A stretch of DNA of 64,000 bases from a virus: IMG/VR virus record IMGVR_UViG_3300007735_000802. One strand, 5' to 3'. The position numbers were made by a program, and so were the translations under genes. A model generated the notes under the pieces. The model saw nothing but the letters and a program-made list of their open reading frames with translations, was not told the DNA's origin and searched no databases. Of the stretch, positions 59,581 through 64,000 are shown in pieces; the first letter of the stretch is position 1; every line of letters begins with the position of its first letter.

Positions 59581-60279
59581 ATGAATTCATTATTTAATTT
59601 TATGAAAGATTCTTTGCCAAGGTATACAGTAAAACAACCTTCGACAAAGAAAACAATATCGTTTAGACCATTTACGGTAAAAGAAGAAAAAATGCTGTTA
59701 ATAGGAAATCAGACTGGTTCAAATGCTGATTTTCTTACAACAATAGGAAAGTTGATTGAAAATTGTTTTGATTATGCAGGAGATGTCAAACAACTACCGA
59801 TGTTTGATATTGAATATTTCTTCTTAAAACTAAGAGCAAAATCAGTGGCAGAAATAACCACACCAACAATAGTTTGTCCGGAGACGCAAGAAAAAATAAA
59901 ATTAGAGATTAATTTGGATGAACTTGAACCGACATATAATCAAGAACATAAAACAGAAATAAAATTAGCAAATAATATTTTAGTTAAAATGAAGTATCCA
60001 ACGCTTGCTGATTTTATTGAAACGGAAAACTTTGATTATTATGATCTTATTATAAATTGTATCAAAGAAATACAAACACCAAATGATATTATTGATTGTT
60101 CTTTGGTATCAAAAAATACAGTTCAAGAATTCATAGACTTACTAACAAAGGAACAATTCTTAAAACTGACAGATTTTATCAAAACGATGCCACGAATAGA
60201 GTTCAAGGCAAAATATAAAACATCAGATGGTAAAGAAAGAGAAATTGCAATTAAAGGAATCAAAGATTTTTTTCTATAA
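59581..60279 (+). CDS. gp26: Baseplate hub assembly chaperone
   Basis: LPRY, FRPFTVKEEK, FDIEYFFLKLRAKSV, MKYP, GIKDFF C-terminus; GAGGA SD before ATG 59581. Confidence 0.93.
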   Translation: MNSLFNFMKDSLPRYTVKQPSTKKTISFRPFTVKEEKMLLIGNQTGSNADFLTTIGKLIENCFDYAGDVKQLPMFDIEYFFLKLRAKSVAEITTPTIVCPETQEKIKLEINLDELEPTYNQEHKTEIKLANNILVKMKYPTLADFIETENFDYYDLIINCIKEIQTPNDIIDCSLVSKNTVQEFIDLLTKEQFLKLTDFIKTMPRIEFKAKYKTSDGKEREIAIKGIKDFFL

Positions 60280-60473
60280 GCCTCAGTCACATAAGTCTAA
60301 ACAGTGTTTTTAAAATAAATTTTAATCTCTCACACATTCAAGATAAAAGTTTATTTGATATAGAAAACATGATACCTTGGGAAAGAGACTTATATGTGGA
60401 ACAACTGAGGCAGTATATAGAGGAACAGAATCTAAAGACACTACAAGCAAAGGCAGATAAGAGATATGGATGA
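60267..60473 (+). CDS. gp51: Baseplate hub assembly catalyst in the -1 frame relative to gp26, lacking a canonical start for its N-half (not in ORF track)
   Basis: FFSISLSHISLNSVFKINFNLSHIQDKSLFDIENMIPWERDLYVEQLRQYIEEQN carries the gp51 pattern NF.L...S...IENM.PWER..Y. Confidence 0.85.
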   Translation, partial: FFSISLSHISLNSVFKINFNLSHIQDKSLFDIENMIPWERDLYVEQLRQYIEEQNLKTLQAKADKRYG

Positions 60474-61437
60474 AACAACAGATAAAAGAAAAATAGCAAA
60501 TCTTGAATTGAAAGATTATGTAAGTCTGAATGTTTTGCCAACAACATCTGAATCTTCAAATTATGTTGAACTTCCAAAAGAAGAAAGTTCAAACTATGTT
60601 GAAACTGGTGGAAATTCGAATAACATCAATGTCAATATTAACATTGATGGGAATCAAAGTCCTCAGTTGAATCAAGTGAATGAGACAAAAACCATAGTAA
60701 ACAATGTATTACAAACAACTACAAATCCAGCAGATATAAAAAAAAACTCACCTCAAGACTCTCAAATGTCTGGAGAAAAGGTATTAGGAGATAGAGAATA
60801 TCTACAAACGGTGTACAGAAAATATGATGATGAGGGATATTCCATTATTCCTGAAATGGTGAGTCAATCTGCAACTATAGAATCTCTGGGTTCTAACGAA
60901 TTCAACAATACCGAAGTTTCTAAATTTCAATATTCTGATATAAGAAAAGAAAATAAATCATTTATTAAAAATTTAAATATTGTCAGAAATATAACAAATA
61001 CGGTATTGGCGGATTTAAACAGAGTTACATACTCTCCACAAAATGCAATTAAAATGTCAATTGCAAATGTTACAAATGTAACACAACAATATTCTTCTGC
61101 AAGATCTCTTGAAGTTTCAAATGAAAGATCTAACATTGATGGTAATGAAAAAAATATAAGAGAAGCAGCAAGAAAACGAGAGATGGAAATTAAAAGAATA
61201 GATGAAGTGTTACTTCAATTGAAGAAAAATAAAGATACAAATGATGGAGAAGATGGTGAAACTGAGTACGAAATGAAAGAAGGATCAACATTTTTACCAG
61301 ATATGTTTAGTTCTGCAAATCAGTCATTCATACAAAAAAATAAATTATCAAGTCTCAACGACAGTGGAGACAGTACGATAGGAATATTTGTCAATAAAAT
61401 GAACAATCCTCCAAACTGGAGGACTGTTCTAGGATAA
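60466..61437 (+). CDS. Hypothetical N/S/E-rich protein in the tape-measure (gp29) position
   Basis: 323-aa ORF overlapping the gp51 end; positional inference only. Confidence 0.5.
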   Translation: MDETTDKRKIANLELKDYVSLNVLPTTSESSNYVELPKEESSNYVETGGNSNNINVNINIDGNQSPQLNQVNETKTIVNNVLQTTTNPADIKKNSPQDSQMSGEKVLGDREYLQTVYRKYDDEGYSIIPEMVSQSATIESLGSNEFNNTEVSKFQYSDIRKENKSFIKNLNIVRNITNTVLADLNRVTYSPQNAIKMSIANVTNVTQQYSSARSLEVSNERSNIDGNEKNIREAARKREMEIKRIDEVLLQLKKNKDTNDGEDGETEYEMKEGSTFLPDMFSSANQSFIQKNKLSSLNDSGDSTIGIFVNKMNNPPNWRTVLG

Positions 61438-61452
61438 GAGAGAATTTTGATA

Positions 61453-62346
61453 TTAGTCTTCTGCTAGTTTCTGAAAATAACTCAGAGCATCTGACTCTTC
61501 GTCAACATCATCTTCTACGGGTTTCTTTGACTTCAAAGATGGTTTCTTTTCCGTCAACTCATCAGCAACATCCTCTGCTGTCTTCTGAGAAGATGGAGCA
61601 GTTCCACGAACATCTCCACCAAGAACCTCATACATACGAGACTTGAGTTCTTCGTATGTTTTAAAGTTTGATGCATCTACAAGAGGAAGAAGTGCATGTT
61701 GAGATTTCCAAATCTTTTCCAACTTAGCATCGTCATCTGAAAGAACAGATTGAGAATCAAACTCGGACTTATCATAATTGGTAAAACCACCAACCTTACG
61801 AATCTTGATTCTGAAGTTTGCACCCTTCCAGAAATCAAATGGATTGATTGGTTCCTCATCATTGAATTCAGGCTTCATTGCTTCCTGAATCTTCTCAAAG
61901 ATCTTGGTTCCAAACTTATAAAGAAAAACCTTTCCCTCATTCTGTGGATTTGCTGGATCTGAAACCACATAAATGTTTGCAATATAAGTCAACTTACGCT
62001 TGCGAATTCTTGCAAGATCCTTATCTGATTCAAGACCAGAATTCCAGAGTTGATTATTTAATTCGCCAACAGGATCCTTTTGACCAATTGTTGTCAGAGA
62101 GTTTTCAATATACCATCCACCTGGTCCTTGAAATGCATGGTTATACATCTTTACCCAAGGAACATCCTCTCCGTCTACTGGTGGAAGAAAACGAATAATT
62201 GCAAATCCGTTTCCAGACTTATCTTGCTCTGGTCGCCAAAAGCGATCATCCTTATAATCCTTTGCCTTGGTCTGATCTTCCATCTTCTTAATAAGATCTT
62301 CAATACCAGACTTTGACTTCTTCTTCAAATCTCCAAATGAACCCAT
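61453..62346 (-). CDS. gp32: Single-stranded DNA-binding protein
   Basis: DDRFW, GNGFAIIRFLP, HAFQGPGGWYIENSLTT, INPFDFWKGANF, NYDKSEF, LSYFQKLAED. Confidence 0.98.
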   Translation of the reverse strand: MGSFGDLKKKSKSGIEDLIKKMEDQTKAKDYKDDRFWRPEQDKSGNGFAIIRFLPPVDGEDVPWVKMYNHAFQGPGGWYIENSLTTIGQKDPVGELNNQLWNSGLESDKDLARIRKRKLTYIANIYVVSDPANPQNEGKVFLYKFGTKIFEKIQEAMKPEFNDEEPINPFDFWKGANFRIKIRKVGGFTNYDKSEFDSQSVLSDDDAKLEKIWKSQHALLPLVDASNFKTYEELKSRMYEVLGGDVRGTAPSSQKTAEDVADELTEKKPSLKSKKPVEDDVDEESDALSYFQKLAED

Positions 62347-62360
62347 AACTCCTACTTTCC

Positions 62361-62405
62361 CCGAAGATCTCCTTCGGTCTTATTACTCAGTGGGAACTCC
62401 CCACT
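62361..62405 (-). promoter_or_regulatory. Two hairpins in the gp32 leader
   Basis: AGTGGG-GAGTT-CCCACT and CCGAAG-GAGAT-CTTCGG upstream of the SD AGGAGTT. Confidence 0.7.
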
Positions 62406-62410
62406 TCTGT

Positions 62411-62438
62411 ATTTTACTATGAAATGCCTCCGTGTCAA
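62411..62438 (-). promoter_or_regulatory. Sigma70-like promoter for gp32
   Basis: TTGACA-16 nt-TAAAAT. Confidence 0.65.
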
Positions 62439-62662
62439 CCGAAAGGCAATTTATTCTTAATTTTAGGTAAAAAATTTAAATCTCTTGCTTCTTGTTCTAT
62501 TTTTTCTAAAAGAGGTTGAGACAGCAACTTTGGAGCCATGGAAAAATCATAAGAATATTCTTCAAAATAATGAATAACCGCATCCATGTATGTGCTGTTC
62601 TTTGATTTTACATAATTTTCCACTCTTTTGGAAAATTCTTCTTTTGTGATGTTAAATATCAT
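62435..62662 (-). CDS. gp33: Late promoter transcription co-activator
   Basis: FSKRVE...YMDAVIHY...LLEKIEQEARDLNFLPK...KLP. Confidence 0.88.
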   Translation of the reverse strand: MIFNITKEEFSKRVENYVKSKNSTYMDAVIHYFEEYSYDFSMAPKLLSQPLLEKIEQEARDLNFLPKIKNKLPFG

Positions 62663-62670
62663 ATGGTGTA

Positions 62671-62698
62671 ATTATACACTGATTAAAATTGATGTCAA
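62671..62698 (-). promoter_or_regulatory. Sigma70-like promoter for gp33
   Basis: TTGACA-16 nt-TATAAT with extended TG. Confidence 0.75.
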
Positions 62699-62731
62699 TC
62701 ACTAGTATATATAAAAGTAAAGGAAATAAAT

Positions 62732-63973
62732 ATGCCATATACTGCTGACAATATTGAAATTACGATCTCTAGTGGTACAGCTGTGATCGCAACAGATTAT
62801 GGAACTAGCGGATCTGTAGGATTCAGTGCAGCACACGCTCAAATTTCAAAGATGTCTTGGGGAGATGAGAACTACACTTATAGAGTAAGTGAAGCATACC
62901 CAACACCAGTTAAGATTTATGGAATAACAGGAACTACAGTTCCTGTCTCTGGAACTATTGCAGGAACTGGAGAATTCTTAGTCAAAACAAATCCAACATC
63001 TTCTGTTATTGTAAAGGGTTCTACTTTTACATCAGATGCTGCTGTTTCAATATCTGGAAGAATTCAAGGAATAACATCAGGAACATCAGTAGGTGTTACT
63101 GGTTATGTTAATATTTTAAACAATGTCGCAGTATTTGGCATCAGCGGAGCAACAGCAATTGCAGTAACTGGTGGAAGAAGACTTGCAAGTTCTACTGACA
63201 GTGTAACTGTTGTTGGAAATGTTGGAATCAGTGGTGGATTGCAAATACTTGCAGCGACAGATTCTATTGCAGTATATGGTCCAAATGGTTCAACATATGT
63301 TGAGACAAATCTAAACATTAATGGAACTCCTCTTGGTATTTCTGGTGACGCACTAAAGGTAGCAGTAACAAACAGCGGATTTACATTTAGTGTTACTGTG
63401 TCTGCAACAACTGGTGTAACAAATACACAAGGACCATTGCAAGTTCAGGGTTATACAGGAACTGGATATCCACTTACGATCAAAGGAAGTCTAGCAGGAG
63501 GAGCAGTAGAAATTGGTGCTCTCACTGCTATTCCAGTAGAAGTAACTGGTCCTGTAGAGATTGATGATGCAGCATTGATTGATGAAATGGATACATTAAA
63601 TTCAAGCATCAATACTGTTGCATCAAATACAAGATATACACTAGATGTGTTGAATTTAATAAATTCATCAGGATCTGGTGCAAAGGTAAACATCAATACA
63701 ATTACAAAACCTTCAAGAATTATTGCTGGTCAAAAGGTTTTAAGCACAACACCAGCATTGATATCTACAGATACACTTCGCGTCGGTGTTACATTAAAAT
63801 CATTGGGAACAAACACAGCAGACATCTATATCGGAAACACACTTACAGTTTCAGATACATCTGGTTATGTTTTAAGTCCGGGAGAAAGTATTTACATAGA
63901 AGTTGCGAGCATGGGATCGATCTATGCTAGATCAGCAGCAGGAACACCTACAATATCATACATTGGTAGTTAA
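62732..63973 (+). CDS. Putative virion structural protein, G/T/S/V-rich
   Basis: AAGGA SD; dense G-x-T/S motifs; C-terminal NTADIYIG...GYVLSPGES beta-sandwich-like domain. Confidence 0.6.
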   Translation: MPYTADNIEITISSGTAVIATDYGTSGSVGFSAAHAQISKMSWGDENYTYRVSEAYPTPVKIYGITGTTVPVSGTIAGTGEFLVKTNPTSSVIVKGSTFTSDAAVSISGRIQGITSGTSVGVTGYVNILNNVAVFGISGATAIAVTGGRRLASSTDSVTVVGNVGISGGLQILAATDSIAVYGPNGSTYVETNLNINGTPLGISGDALKVAVTNSGFTFSVTVSATTGVTNTQGPLQVQGYTGTGYPLTIKGSLAGGAVEIGALTAIPVEVTGPVEIDDAALIDEMDTLNSSINTVASNTRYTLDVLNLINSSGSGAKVNINTITKPSRIIAGQKVLSTTPALISTDTLRVGVTLKSLGTNTADIYIGNTLTVSDTSGYVLSPGESIYIEVASMGSIYARSAAGTPTISYIGS

Positions 63974-64000
63974 TGGGAAATAGACAAAACACAACATCGG

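Noticed and set aside
58480-62662. Absence of gp2 and gp59 as a gene-loss finding
   Set aside because: They may lie outside the window; this cannot be judged from a partial genome.
670-63696. Numerous short opposite-strand or nested ORFs in the six-frame track
   Set aside because: They overlap well-supported genes, lack SD sites and motifs, and read as antisense or alternate-frame shadows.
1-64000. Alternative genetic code, introns, inteins or homing endonucleases
   Set aside because: Core genes are intact and of ordinary length in the standard code; no intein or HNH/GIY-YIG/LAGLIDADG motifs were recognised.
63973-64000. Start of a further plus-strand gene (MGNRQNTTS) overlapping the previous stop
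   Set aside because: Only nine codons are visible, too little to support a call.

Overview
This 64 kb window is the core of an AT-rich, T4-like myovirus genome (standard genetic code, mostly minus strand). Reading along the minus strand from right to left: gp33/gp32, then a plus-strand gp4-gp54-gp26-gp51 block, baseplate genes (gp48, gp53, a giant gp27-like hub, gp25, gp6, gp7, gp8), four paralogous Cys-rich fibre-like proteins, neck/terminase/tail/head genes (gp13-gp23, gp3), uvsY/uvsW, gp55, gp47/46, gp45/44/62 and regA. These are followed by a contiguous glycan-biosynthesis island of about 7 kb: five glycosyltransferase-like genes, a nucleotidyltransferase, a cupin, a non-carboxylating RuBisCO-like protein and two methyltransferases. 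Best candidate for a new system: late-expressed virion glycosylation, in which an RLP/cupin/nucleotidyltransferase module makes an unusual donor and G-x-T motifs recurring through the structural proteins could be the acceptor sites. A second strong observation is a probable programmed -1 frameshift fusing gp26 to gp51. All family assignments come from motif and synteny recognition by eye; no database searches were run. No tRNA, rRNA, CRISPR array, intron or mobile element was recognised.
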